Shown: piece by piece, positions 1 to 10,093 of the stretch
Position numbering within the stretch: position 1 is the first letter of the stretch
Layout: each line of letters starts with the position of its first letter
Assembly (NCBI GenBank): GCA_963728565.1
Contig: CAVSLC010000020.1
Span: 1 to 64,000 of the forward strand
DNA: 64,000 bases
Direction: 5' to 3'
Source: an uncultured delta proteobacterium
GTDB lineage: Bacteria; Desulfobacterota; Binatia; UBA9968
Made by a program: the position numbers and the translations under genes
Notes under the pieces: generated by a model
What the model was told of the DNA's origin: nothing
Database searches by the model: none
Seen by the model: the letters and a program-made list of their open reading frames with translations, nothing else

Positions 1-130
1 CGGCGCTTATAAGCCCACGGGCTAGCTTTTAATCCCCGCGGCCGTCCGCGGTCAAGGGGGTGCATGTCAGGTCTAAAGCAAGTGGACACCCGCCCCGCAA
101 TTCGTTAAGAGTAGCTGTCAAGAGAATACC

Positions 131-1021
131 ATGCCCTACTGCTATCCACCGGATCCAAATACCAAAAAGCCGCACTTCACTCCGCCAGCCGAAGCCTGCG
201 ATACTCATTTCCACGTCTTTGGCCCGCCGGAAAAATTCCCGTTCGTTTCGACCCACGAGTACACTCCCCCGGCGGCGCCGTTGGAGCACTATCAAAAAAT
301 GGCCACGATCATCGGCATCGAGCGGGCCGTGGTCGTGCAACCAAGCGTGCACGGGCTCGACAACTCGGCGACACTTGATGCGATTGCCAACTCACGCGGA
401 CGCTTCCGCGGCGTTGGCCGTATCGACGACAAAACCTCCAAGGCCGAGTTGCAAAAGCTGCATGACGGCGGCATACGCGGGGTCCGTTTCAATTTGCTCG
501 ACCGTCCGCGCGGTAACGTAGACCTCGATGTCTTCGATCGCTGTGTGGAGCACATCGTCGCGTTGGGCTGGTCGGTGGATCTGCACATCGATACCAAGAA
601 CCTACTGGAACAGGAGAAGCGGATTCGCGCGCTGCCCTTGCCGGTTGTCATCGACCATATTGCGCGGATCAAACCGGCCGAAGGTTTGAATCAGCCGGCG
701 TTTCAGCTGCTGCTGGATCTATCGAGAGAGAAACACGTCTGGGTAAAAGTCAGCGGCGCCGACAAAATCTGCAATAGCCGAGTTCACGACTACTTCGGAC
801 TGCCGTTTGTCGAAGTGATTCCGTATGCGCGGGCGGTGATCGCGGTGGCGCCGGATCGTGTCATCTGGGGTACCGATTGGCCGCATTCCAACAATTTCGC
901 GCCGGGCCACACGCCCAATGATGGCGACCTGGTGGATCTGCTGGCAGAATTCGCACCGGATAAGCAAACGAGAAGAAAAATTCTTGTCGCGAATCCGGCA
1001 AAATTATACGGCTTCGATTAG
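131..1021 (+). CDS. Amidohydrolase, 2-pyrone-4,6-dicarboxylate lactonase (LigI)-like
   Basis: ACDTHFHVFGP, VVVQPSVHG, VIDHIAR and IWGTDWPH motifs typical of LigI-like amidohydrolases. Confidence 0.8.
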   Translation: MPYCYPPDPNTKKPHFTPPAEACDTHFHVFGPPEKFPFVSTHEYTPPAAPLEHYQKMATIIGIERAVVVQPSVHGLDNSATLDAIANSRGRFRGVGRIDDKTSKAELQKLHDGGIRGVRFNLLDRPRGNVDLDVFDRCVEHIVALGWSVDLHIDTKNLLEQEKRIRALPLPVVIDHIARIKPAEGLNQPAFQLLLDLSREKHVWVKVSGADKICNSRVHDYFGLPFVEVIPYARAVIAVAPDRVIWGTDWPHSNNFAPGHTPNDGDLVDLLAEFAPDKQTRRKILVANPAKLYGFD

Positions 1022-1058
1022 TTTTGAAAACGGCGGCCGTCTTCCAGGAGGAATCACC

Positions 1059-1481
1059 ATGATTAAAATCACCGATGACATGAAGGACCGAATCAACAAG
1101 GCCTTCGAGGAAAAAAAGTACTGCGTCTGGGCAACGACATCCAGCGATGGCTATCCCGATCTCAGTTTCCGAGGCAGCACTCATGTATTCGACGACGAGC
1201 ATATCGCCTTCTGGGATCGTTCATTGGGTACCAGCAGCACCAATCTCGAAAACAATCCTAATGTCTGCATGCTCTACTATGATTCCGCCGCGCGCACCGG
1301 CTGGCGTTTCTATGGCACCGCGACCGTCTATAAGGAAGGTGACTTGCGACAGCAGATCATGAAGCGTGTCGTCAAAGGCGAGATTGACAAGGATCCCGAG
1401 CGCAAAGGCTATGGCGTGCTCGTTCGCATCGACAAGATCCGCGGCTACAGCGGCTTCAACATCGTTCAAGAACGTGAATAA
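1059..1481 (+). CDS. Pyridoxamine 5'-phosphate oxidase-like FMN-binding protein
   Basis: ATxxxDGYPDLSFRGS and NLENNPNVCML motifs; AGGAGG RBS before ATG 1059 (the longer 858 start overlaps the upstream gene). Confidence 0.7.
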   Translation: MIKITDDMKDRINKAFEEKKYCVWATTSSDGYPDLSFRGSTHVFDDEHIAFWDRSLGTSSTNLENNPNVCMLYYDSAARTGWRFYGTATVYKEGDLRQQIMKRVVKGEIDKDPERKGYGVLVRIDKIRGYSGFNIVQERE

Positions 1482-1507
1482 CAACCAGGAGAGCAGCAAG
1501 CAAAAAG

Positions 1508-2521
1508 ATGAACTTTACGCCTGCCGGCGCCGCTGACGTACCGAGTCTCCTTGACCTTCTTGCGGCTAAGATATGCCTTTTAGCCTTGCTCGCCTCCGGC
1601 CTGGTGATTTCAGAAGCAGAAGCTCTCGACAAAGTTCGCATCGCGGTGTCGAACCCGAACATGCCGAACTTGACCGTCGCTATGGCGCGGCAAAACGGCT
1701 TCTTCAAAGACGAAAATATTGAGGCTGAAATTATCCGGATGAACCCCAATGTCGCCGTTACGGCGCTGGCCACCGGTGATGTCGACTACAGCCAGCTGTT
1801 CGGAGCGGTTGTCGGCGGGGCTATCGCCGGCTTGCCGATCAGAATCGTTGCCGGCTATTTGGACAACTGGCCAATGACACTGATCGCGCAGCCGGAATTC
1901 AGAACGCTTAAGGATATCAAGGGCAGGACGCTCGGCATCAGCAGCTTTGGCGCGACCCCGGACCTTGCGGCGCGCTTAATGCTCAAGCAAGTCGGGATTG
2001 ATCCGGAGAAAGAGATCAAGATTCTCGCATTGGGCTCCGACGCGGCAAGACTTACCGCGCTGAAACAGAGGGTAGTGGATGTCATCGTAATCTCGCCACC
2101 GGCGGACACCCAGATGGAAAAACAAGGCTATAAGATCATGGCGCGAGCTTACGAGCTATTTAGCTTTCCCTACCTCGGCCTCGGCACGCACACAAGAAAA
2201 ATAAAAGAGAGACCCGATGAGATCCGGCGGACCATCAAGGCAACCATTCGCGCCAATCGCTTCATCAGGGATAATCGGGATGAAGCGGTGCGCGTCCTGG
2301 TCGGGTGGGGCAAAGTCGAGCGTGATTTCGCCTATGCCTCGTATGATGCGTTGCGCAATCTTTTCAATGCCGACGGCGCCGTCCCGGAAGACGGACTCAA
2401 GCTCGTCATCGACCAAGCTCGGCGCAGCGCAAAGATCGCTCGTGAAGTCGCATCCGTCGACGTCGCTGACCTGACTTTCTTGCGAGAGGCGCAAAGCGAG
2501 CTCGGCATCAAAGGACGCTGA
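1508..2521 (+). CDS. ABC transporter substrate-binding protein, SsuA/NMT1/THI5 family
   Basis: Signal-like N-terminus, GFFKDENIE, ALATGDVD, LKDIKGRTLGIS, GIDPEKEI. Confidence 0.75.
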   Translation: MNFTPAGAADVPSLLDLLAAKICLLALLASGLVISEAEALDKVRIAVSNPNMPNLTVAMARQNGFFKDENIEAEIIRMNPNVAVTALATGDVDYSQLFGAVVGGAIAGLPIRIVAGYLDNWPMTLIAQPEFRTLKDIKGRTLGISSFGATPDLAARLMLKQVGIDPEKEIKILALGSDAARLTALKQRVVDVIVISPPADTQMEKQGYKIMARAYELFSFPYLGLGTHTRKIKERPDEIRRTIKATIRANRFIRDNRDEAVRVLVGWGKVERDFAYASYDALRNLFNADGAVPEDGLKLVIDQARRSAKIAREVASVDVADLTFLREAQSELGIKGR

Positions 2522-2704
2522 ATCCTACGGACAGGAGGCGTTGGCCGCTTAGGATCTGTTCCTGATGCGCGGTCATTCTAATTTACCGATCTCCAAATCC
2601 CTTCGTGACAGGCAAGCTCCGGGTTGGGTTGGCGAGCACTCGCGCCGATCTGAACCCAACACACGATATTTTAAACGCGTTTTGAGCTGCTTGCCGCACC
2701 TGAG

Positions 2705-2733
2705 TTGACAGTCTCCATGGCAGGGAATATGGT
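2705..2733 (+). promoter_or_regulatory. Putative sigma70 promoter for the CDGSH gene
   Basis: TTGACA (2705-2710), 17 nt spacer, TATGGT (2728-2733). Confidence 0.5.
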
Positions 2734-2766
2734 TCATCTCCTGCAAACATTCTGAAAGGAAACGTT

Positions 2767-3039
2767 ATGGCCCTGTCCTACGAGGATCTCATCGAACCGG
2801 CAATCGTCAAGCAAGTGTCCAAAGCCGTGGCCTATTGCCGCTGCACGAGGACCAAAACCCCGCCTTTCTGCGACGGTTCGCATGCCGCCACGAACATAAA
2901 ACCGCACATACTGGAATTCGCGGAGCCGACAACCATTGCCATCTGCCGCTGTTGGCGGTCAAAGGATCACCCGTATTGCGACGGCACACACGGCCGGCTG
3001 GTGAAACCCAAAGAACGTCCACAAAAGAGGCACGATTAA
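2767..3039 (+). CDS. Tandem CDGSH iron-sulfur (2Fe-2S) domain protein
   Basis: Two motifs, CRCTRTKTPPFCDGSH and CRCWRSKDHPYCDGTH. Confidence 0.85.
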   Translation: MALSYEDLIEPAIVKQVSKAVAYCRCTRTKTPPFCDGSHAATNIKPHILEFAEPTTIAICRCWRSKDHPYCDGTHGRLVKPKERPQKRHD

Positions 3040-3053
3040 AAACATTGTCGTAC

Positions 3054-3179
3054 GAGGTTGATCAAAACGTTTGCAGCTACCAGGGCGGGCAATGATCGAC
3101 CGAGCCGCGGCGTACTCGGCGTACGTTGGAGTGAATCGGATAAGCCAAACGAAGTAGATCGAGCGTTTCCATCGGTCTG
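3054..3179. repeat. Degenerate ~125-bp palindromic intergenic element (MITE/REP-like)
   Basis: Imperfect terminal inverted repeats AGGTTGATCAAAACG ... CGTTTCCATCGGTCT and central GGCGTAC/GTACGTT hairpin. Confidence 0.4.
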
Positions 3180-3200
3180 TAAATTTACGGGAGGGACGAT

Positions 3201-3586
3201 ATGGTCGAGATGAAAAATCTGGTTAAAGAAGCCGACGCAAACCCGGGATCAATCACCTGAGCCTATGGCGAACCGATCTGGCTTACTTCTGGGTAATCAA
3301 CTGCGAATCCAAAGTTCAAGACGACATGCACTATCATGAAAACGACGATCATATATTCATGGTCATCGAAGGCGAATGCACTGTGCGCACACCTCGTAAA
3401 GAGTTTGTCTTGAAACAATTCGATACAGTGCTGTTGAAATCCGGCGAATCTTATCAACTCTGCAACACCGGAACCGGCAGAATGCTTCTTCTGGGAGCAG
3501 GCAATGCCGGCGTCAACGGCCAACCGCGCACGCGCGTCCCGAAAATTCCAAGCCATGTCCCGCTGCGCGAACCCATCGTCGCATAA
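3201..3586 (+). CDS. Cupin domain protein, frameshifted near 3240
   Basis: GGAGG RBS then MVEMKNLVKEADA; one added A joins KPGINHLSLWRTDLAYFWVINCE... to cupin motif MHYHENDDHIFMVIEG. Confidence 0.65.
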
Positions 3587-3677
3587 ACGCTAGCGACTCT
3601 TCCCCTGCCCTCCGTTATCGAACGGAAAGGGAGCACTCCTGGTTCTTTTGACACCTCATGGCGCCGATGTGTCAGCA

Positions 3678-4973
3678 TCAGGGCTGAGGAGACCGGACAT
3701 TAGAGCCCGGCCCTCTGCGGGTGACGAACAGCAATGCGGATGCGGCGATCGCGCAGACGGCGCCGCAAACGCCAAAGCTCCAATTGACGCCGATCACCGA
3801 GGCGGCTGTACCGATAATAACACTGCCCAGAGACCACAAGCCGCGATCCATAAAGAACAAACTTAAGACTCGCCCCAGCAGATGCGGCGGCGTGGCAACT
3901 TGTATAGCCGTGTTGGACAGGGCGCGTTCGGCTATCTGGCTAAAACCTACCATCGCGAGAAAAATCAGTGACAAGACAAATGATCGAGAAAAGGCGAAAA
4001 GGATCAGGGAAAACGCAAACCCCAGAACACAGTAACAGATCGCGTGAACGCCAACGCGCAGTTTCTTCACCGTAGCAAGACTCAACGATGCTATGGTGGC
4101 GCCAAGTCCAGGCGCAGCCATCAGGAGACCGAATCCCGTCGGCCCGACTTGTAGTATATTGGTGGCAAACACCGGGACAAAGCGATTATATGGCGCACCG
4201 AACAGCGCCACTACATAAGAGATACCGACGATGTAGAGGATTCGGCGATTGTCCCTGACGTACCGGAATCCTTCTCCGATGTCCTCCAACAAGCTTTGCT
4301 TATCCCGGCGTTTCTCCCACGGCGGCAGATCCATCAGATAGAGATTGAACAGAAGCGCGACGAAGCTTAGCGCATTGATCAAAAAACAGCCGGCCACGCC
4401 GATGAACGCGATGATCACGCCTCCGACCGAGGGCCCTAAAATTTTGGAGAAATTGAAAACCGATGATTGCAGGCCGATGGCATTGAGCAACTCCTCCTTC
4501 GGCACCAGACTATTGACCAGCGACTGCCGCGCCGTCTGATTAATCGTATTGACCACTCCTAAAAAGAACGCCAGGCCTGCGATGTGCCAAAACTCAATGA
4601 ATTCGAACTTCACCGCGAGCCAGTAGATGATCGCCTGCATCATCGCCAGCGCTTGAGTAACTTGCAGGACCCGGCGACGATCGAAGCGGTCCGCAATCGC
4701 GCCACCGACCGCCCCAACCAGGAGGCGGGGAAGGGTATCAAAAAAAGCGATCACCCCGAGCGCGACCGGCGAACGCGTCAGCTCCCAGACGAGCCAGCTC
4801 TGGGCGATGTTCTGCATAAAATCTCCGGAACTCGAGATCAAGGCGCCTTCCATGAGCAGACGGAAGTTACGATGTCTGAGCGAGCGCAGCGTTCTAAAAT
4901 TCCAAAGGCGTTGCACGGTAAATCTTTCAGTAAAAAGTTTCACCAGTTTGACGCCTTCATGGATGTAATGCAA
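3678..4973 (-). CDS. MFS transporter (DHA3/EntS-like)
   Basis: SLRHRNFRL, GAIADRFDRRR motif A, about 12 hydrophobic segments; exact start uncertain. Confidence 0.85.
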   Translation of the reverse strand: MHYIHEGVKLVKLFTERFTVQRLWNFRTLRSLRHRNFRLLMEGALISSSGDFMQNIAQSWLVWELTRSPVALGVIAFFDTLPRLLVGAVGGAIADRFDRRRVLQVTQALAMMQAIIYWLAVKFEFIEFWHIAGLAFFLGVVNTINQTARQSLVNSLVPKEELLNAIGLQSSVFNFSKILGPSVGGVIIAFIGVAGCFLINALSFVALLFNLYLMDLPPWEKRRDKQSLLEDIGEGFRYVRDNRRILYIVGISYVVALFGAPYNRFVPVFATNILQVGPTGFGLLMAAPGLGATIASLSLATVKKLRVGVHAICYCVLGFAFSLILFAFSRSFVLSLIFLAMVGFSQIAERALSNTAIQVATPPHLLGRVLSLFFMDRGLWSLGSVIIGTAASVIGVNWSFGVCGAVCAIAASALLFVTRRGPGSNVRSPQP

Positions 4974-5104
4974 AGACTCGGTTCGAAATCTGCTTCATCC
5001 GCTTGCAGCACTCAACACCAGTCTGCCTGTATGCGATTGCAAATTGTATCAAGCCGGCGATAGGCCTATGATATCCTCTCGACCGCCGCCAAAGGAGAAC
5101 ACCT

Positions 5105-5617
5105 ATGGAGAAGATGCCGATTGTCAATTTACTCGAGCAGACCCGGCAGCTGTCGGAAAGCGGCCAACGAGTTCGAGTTCTTTGGCAGCATCCGGACACG
5201 TTGGTCTTCATCGCGCGGGGGCGGGAGTACCGCAGCGAGTTTCACATCAATCCGAGTGACGAAACAATGTACATGATCAAAGGTGAAATGCGATTACATT
5301 ACCGTACGCCGGAGGGCAAAGAAGAAGTTGCCGTGATCCCGGAAGGAGCGATGATCTATACTCCTGCCGGCACACCGCATTCTCCTCGGTTTGCCGCCGA
5401 TTCCTTTGCGTTGATTTCGGAACGGAAAAGGCGCGAGAGCGAGATTGACCGCTTTCATTGGTACTGCCAGCAATGCGATGCTTTGCTCCACGAAGAAACG
5501 TTCACCGTCAAGGACTATGTCGACGACCCGGTCTCCAAAGCGTACGATAAATTCTTTGGCAGCAAAGAATTTAGAACCTGCAGATGCGGCGAGGTGATGC
5601 CAGTACCGGCTCTTTAA
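5105..5617 (+). CDS. 3-hydroxyanthranilate 3,4-dioxygenase-like cupin
   Basis: FHINPSDE...PHSPR iron ligands and C-terminal CQQC...CRCG rubredoxin-like site. Confidence 0.75.
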   Translation: MEKMPIVNLLEQTRQLSESGQRVRVLWQHPDTLVFIARGREYRSEFHINPSDETMYMIKGEMRLHYRTPEGKEEVAVIPEGAMIYTPAGTPHSPRFAADSFALISERKRRESEIDRFHWYCQQCDALLHEETFTVKDYVDDPVSKAYDKFFGSKEFRTCRCGEVMPVPAL

Positions 5618-5627
5618 AAAAGACCGA

Positions 5628-5836
5628 GTTCAAGCCGTTCAAAACGTTCAAGTTGTTCAATTAGTCGGAAGCGAGAATTTGGCAGACCGAATCGTCAAGC
5701 GCAAACCGATTTTGGTTTTAAATTCTCGTTTTCCCAACTGCTTACTTGCGAGATGAAGAGGAACGGCACCCTCCGGCGAGTCAAAAGCTTCGGTCATCGG
5801 ACGATTTGAACGACTTGAACCACTTGACGTTTGAAC
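5628..5836. repeat. Inverted clusters of 9-bp-period GTTCAA/TTGAAC repeats
   Basis: GTTCAA at 5628, 5637, 5646, 5655; TTGAAC at 5806, 5815, 5831, with degenerate TTGAC at 5824. Confidence 0.7.
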
Positions 5837-5850
5837 GTGTTCACTTTCTT

Positions 5851-6840
5851 TCAGATGTTCAATTCTTTCGAGCGATCATAATCATGACGCGCGCCGCTAG
5901 CGGCGCCTTCTCGCGGGAACAGCTTGTCGATTTCAACTATTTCATCGGACGTTAATACGATCTCTGCCGCAGCAGCATTTTCTTCTAAATGCGCGATCCG
6001 GCGCGTTCCCGGAATCGGCACGACATTATCTCCCTGATGCAGAATCCATGCGAGAGATAGCTGTGCCAAGGTGCATTTCTTCGCATCGGCAATTTGTTGT
6101 AGACGACTGAGCAAGCGACCATTGTGCTGAAAATTCTCCTCCTGGAACCGCGGCGCTTTGCGCCGGCTATCTTTCCGGTCTAAGTCAGACACGCTCTTGA
6201 CTGCGCCAGCGAAAAAGCCCCGACCAAGTGCGTAGTACGAAACAAAACCGATGCCGAGCTCCTTGACGACTGGAATCGTGTCGGTCTCATAATCGCGAGT
6301 CCACAGAGAATACTCGCTTTGTAGGGCGGCAATTGGATGAACCGAATTGGCTCGGCGAATCGTTTGCGGTCCGGCTTCGCTCAGTCCTATGTGGCGAATC
6401 TTTCCTTGCTCGAGTAACCGAACCATGGCGCCGATGGTTTCTTCGATCGGAACCTGCGGATCGACGCGATGCAAATAGTAAAGATCAATGGTTTCCAACT
6501 GCAGCCGTCGCAAGGAGGCTTCACAGGCCATCGACACATACTCGGCCCCGGCGTTGACGTCGCGGCCTTTTGCCCACGGCTGCCCGCGCAAATTGCCGAA
6601 CTTCGACGCAAGCACGACCTGATCGCGCTTGCCCTTGAGGGCTTTGGCCAGGAGTCTTTCATTGTTGCCATTGTTGTGATCGGCTGTGTCGATAAAGTTG
6701 ATACCCAGATCGATAGCCCGATGGAGCACATCGATGTCTCGCCTTTCATCAACGGCGCTGAGCTTTCCTTGAAATGTTGGACAGCCATAACCGATGGCGG
6801 ATACTTTCAATCGCTTCTTGCCCAAATACCGATACTGCAT
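5851..6840 (-). CDS. Aldo/keto reductase
   Basis: VSAIGYGC, FIDTAD, SLRRLQLETIDLYYLHR, IGLSE, PIPGTRR; start MQYRYLG after AAGGAG. Confidence 0.9.
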   Translation of the reverse strand: MQYRYLGKKRLKVSAIGYGCPTFQGKLSAVDERRDIDVLHRAIDLGINFIDTADHNNGNNERLLAKALKGKRDQVVLASKFGNLRGQPWAKGRDVNAGAEYVSMACEASLRRLQLETIDLYYLHRVDPQVPIEETIGAMVRLLEQGKIRHIGLSEAGPQTIRRANSVHPIAALQSEYSLWTRDYETDTIPVVKELGIGFVSYYALGRGFFAGAVKSVSDLDRKDSRRKAPRFQEENFQHNGRLLSRLQQIADAKKCTLAQLSLAWILHQGDNVVPIPGTRRIAHLEENAAAAEIVLTSDEIVEIDKLFPREGAASGARHDYDRSKELNI

Positions 6841-6999
6841 GGGATGACGCTCCTTCCTTGCGCAACTATTGTCCCCGCCGGCGCTGCATGCAAGTTGCGG
6901 GAGGAAGAATATTTCTGCTAAGAATCCTAGACTGTGCGGACGCTTCCGAATTTTCACCGTAGGCCGATTGCGTCCATCGAAATGCACAAAGGAGATCTC

Positions 7000-8034
7000 A
7001 TGATCCACAGGCACGTTCTCTGGACCGCAATCTTGGCGACGTGGTTTGTCATATTTACACCGGCGACGTCAGCCACCGCGCAGGAGTCATTTTACCAAGG
7101 CAAGACAGTCAGAGTCATCGTCGGCGGCTCCGCCGGCGGCGGCTATGACACCTACACTCGCTTGATCGCGCGCCATCTCGGCAAGCACGTTCCCGGCAAT
7201 CCCAACTTTGTCGTTGAAAACATGACCGGCGCCGGAACTTTGATTTCGGCGAATCACGTATACAAAGTTGCCAAACCGGACGGTCTGACCATCGGCCATT
7301 TCATCGGCGGTTTGCTTCTCCAGCAGGTGCTGGGCAAGCCAGGCATCGAATTCGACGGGCAGAAATTCGAATATCTCGGTGTTCCGGCGCAAGACAACAC
7401 GGTGATCGGCATCAGCAAAGCGAGCGGCGTGACCAGCATCGAAAACTGGTTGACAACCAAGACCAGCCTCAAGTTCGGCGGCGTCGGGCCGGGATCGGCC
7501 ACCGATGACATCGCCAAGGTGGTGCGCGCCACAGTGGGTGTGCCGATGCAGTTAGTAAGCGGCTATAAAGGCACCGCCGATATCCGTTTGGCGATCAACA
7601 GCGGCGAGTTGCAAGGCGTCGCCAATTCCTGGGAATCGTTTAAATCCGGCTGGGTCCAGGAGATTCAGTCCGGCTCGGTCATGATTGTCTTGCAGATGAT
7701 ACCCGAGCGGCGCCATCCGGAGTTACCCAAGGTGCCCATGATTACCGATATCGTTAAGAGCGAAGATGCGCGAAAAATTATCCAAGCAGGAATTTACGAC
7801 TATGCTGCGATCGCTCGTCCCTACGTCTTTCCGCCGAACACGCCCAAGGACCGCGTGCTCATGCTTCGCAAAGGTCTGGCTGAAACTTATAAGGATCCGG
7901 AGTTTATCGCGGATGCGCAGAAGGCACGGCTGGACATGAGTCCGCTTAGCGGCGAAGAGTTGGAGAAAGTGGTCGCTCGCACTTATAAACTTGAGAAGTC
8001 GATTGTCGAGAAGCTAAAAGAAATCTTGAAGTAG
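7000..8034 (+). CDS. Bug/TctC tripartite tricarboxylate transporter substrate-binding protein
   Basis: GGSAGGGYD, VVENMTGAG, AKPDGLTI, GYKG motifs; signal peptide. Confidence 0.85.
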   Translation: MIHRHVLWTAILATWFVIFTPATSATAQESFYQGKTVRVIVGGSAGGGYDTYTRLIARHLGKHVPGNPNFVVENMTGAGTLISANHVYKVAKPDGLTIGHFIGGLLLQQVLGKPGIEFDGQKFEYLGVPAQDNTVIGISKASGVTSIENWLTTKTSLKFGGVGPGSATDDIAKVVRATVGVPMQLVSGYKGTADIRLAINSGELQGVANSWESFKSGWVQEIQSGSVMIVLQMIPERRHPELPKVPMITDIVKSEDARKIIQAGIYDYAAIARPYVFPPNTPKDRVLMLRKGLAETYKDPEFIADAQKARLDMSPLSGEELEKVVARTYKLEKSIVEKLKEILK

Positions 8035-8387
8035 TGTTCTTACGTGAAGCAGGCGCCGACAAGCGGCAGATTGCCTGGGAGAACCCACAGTGTGGGTTTC
8101 AAGCAGCGTGTTGAGTTCTATTCAGTGTTTTTGATCTGTTGTCCGAGACTCGAGAGTTCAGAAGCTCTGTGACCGCGGTATTGGGCGTCCTCCGGGAGAT
8201 GTTGGCGCCTTGATCAAAGTGAGGGGTATCTGACCGCGTCAATCAATCCCCAAAGGCGAGCGGGGGAGAATGAGCCTCGCCAAGCGTATTAAGTATAACC
8301 ACTTCGGTTTGAGGCGGTCTCTGGCACCATTACCTTGCACTGGCCAAACTATTCAGACGCGAGCTGGCTGCTGTCGCACAGGGAGCG

Positions 8388-9854
8388 CTACTTCAGCAGA
8401 TAGCCAAATTTCTCACGAGCCATCCTCACTACCTCCTGGCTCGGCGCGTTTACCATGGGAAACTTATCCTTCCATTCGTAGGGTCGGGTCGCATCGATTA
8501 CCATTCGGGAGTTGGTAAAGTCTCTTTTCTTGCGCTGTTCGGGAGTAAGTCGAGGATCGGCGGGAGTGCTGCGCATGCGGCGCAATATGTCTACCGACGT
8601 TTCCGGATCGTAGCGCGACAGCATTGCCCACATCAGCTGGTCCAAATTGGATACGTCGATATCATCGTCCACCACGATCACCATCTTGCAACCGTAAACG
8701 CTGGCGCCGCAACTTGCCGCCAAGGCGCCGACCTGTTTAGCGTGACCCGGATATCGCTGTTGAATGGCCAGCGCGATCAGCATTCGAGACGCGCCGATTT
8801 CATGGGCCCATACCTGCCTTACGTCGGGAACGCCGGCGCTCTGGAGTTGTTGTTTGAGCATGGCCGAGCGCATGATCGCGCGGTAGCGCGCCATTTCGTC
8901 CGAGCCGCCGCCGATCGGCGGCACACCGAGAATGATCGGATCGTTGCGGTGATAAACGGCTTCAATCTCCAGCACCGGCTGCGCGCTTTCATCCGATGCA
9001 TAATACCCGGTCCACTCCCCGAACGGGCCCTCGTTCTTGCGATTGTCGTTGTTTAAATATCCTTCGAACACAATTTCCGCAGTGGCGGGAAACGGCAAGC
9101 CGGTGAGCGGGCCGCGCACGACCTCTACCGGTTTGCCTCTCATTCCGCCGACGATGTCATACTCGCAGAGACCGTACGGATGTTCGGTGCCCGCCATGAA
9201 GAAAAACAGCGGATCGCCGCCAATAACCAACGCCAACGGCATCTTCTGACCGCGCTTGAAATATTTCTCGCGATGCATGTAGCCATGCTTGCCCGGCACC
9301 ATCAGCAGGCTGACGGTTTTTGCGTCCTGGATCATCGCCCGATAGCAACCGACGTTAATCCACTTCTCGTCCGGGTCCATGGTCACTGAGTAACAACCTG
9401 TGCCGATATACCGGCCGCCGTCATTCACATGCCATACCGGGGTAGGAAACTTCATGATATCGACATCGGCGCCCTTGGCGACGTTTTCGAAAATCGGCCC
9501 ATCCTTTACAAAGACAGGCGGCATATGATTGGGAGTTTTCTGAAAATGATCGAAATAGGCTTGGCTTAATTCCTGTTTGGACAATCCCTGGGGAAAGCCG
9601 AAGGTCATGGCGCGACGTTTGCCGGCAAAAGCGTTGATCAAGATGCGGAACCCTTTGGGACAGCCGGGCACCTCGTCGAAAACCACTGCAGGCCCATCGT
9701 CGGGAGGAACAACGACATCCGTGGCCAAGCCGATGTCCTTCTGCCAGGACGCGCCCAGAACGGTTTTCAACTCACCGAGCTTTTCAGCTTCGCGCATCCA
9801 TTCGCGCAGGTCGGTAAATGCAATATGCGGCTGAATCTTTGAGCTGTCGAACAT
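8388..9854 (-). CDS. UbiD-family (prFMN-dependent) decarboxylase
   Basis: DLREW, NVGCYR, EGPFGEWTGYY, IVVDDDID, MVIDAT. Confidence 0.9.
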   Translation of the reverse strand: MFDSSKIQPHIAFTDLREWMREAEKLGELKTVLGASWQKDIGLATDVVVPPDDGPAVVFDEVPGCPKGFRILINAFAGKRRAMTFGFPQGLSKQELSQAYFDHFQKTPNHMPPVFVKDGPIFENVAKGADVDIMKFPTPVWHVNDGGRYIGTGCYSVTMDPDEKWINVGCYRAMIQDAKTVSLLMVPGKHGYMHREKYFKRGQKMPLALVIGGDPLFFFMAGTEHPYGLCEYDIVGGMRGKPVEVVRGPLTGLPFPATAEIVFEGYLNNDNRKNEGPFGEWTGYYASDESAQPVLEIEAVYHRNDPIILGVPPIGGGSDEMARYRAIMRSAMLKQQLQSAGVPDVRQVWAHEIGASRMLIALAIQQRYPGHAKQVGALAASCGASVYGCKMVIVVDDDIDVSNLDQLMWAMLSRYDPETSVDILRRMRSTPADPRLTPEQRKKRDFTNSRMVIDATRPYEWKDKFPMVNAPSQEVVRMAREKFGYLLK

Positions 9855-10093
9855 AGTCGCTCCTTGCAAAGGTTTAAGTCACGGTCAATCTAACATAGTT
9901 GTCGTACGCAATGGAATCGGCTCTGCCGGAGAAACACCAGTGGTTTCGCAGTGTCCTGGTCCTACTGAAGGAATCGCCGTATTGCCTTCCTCACCATTCG
10001 AACTTTGATGACTTTCTTCCTGACGTTCAACCACGAACGAACGCGCTGCTTTGAGTATTGTTGAAGACTAACCGGCACTCGTGGAGCAAGAAA

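Noticed and set aside
5628-5836. CRISPR array
   Set aside because: Repeats are 6-9 bp with no 30-40 bp spacers and there are no cas genes.
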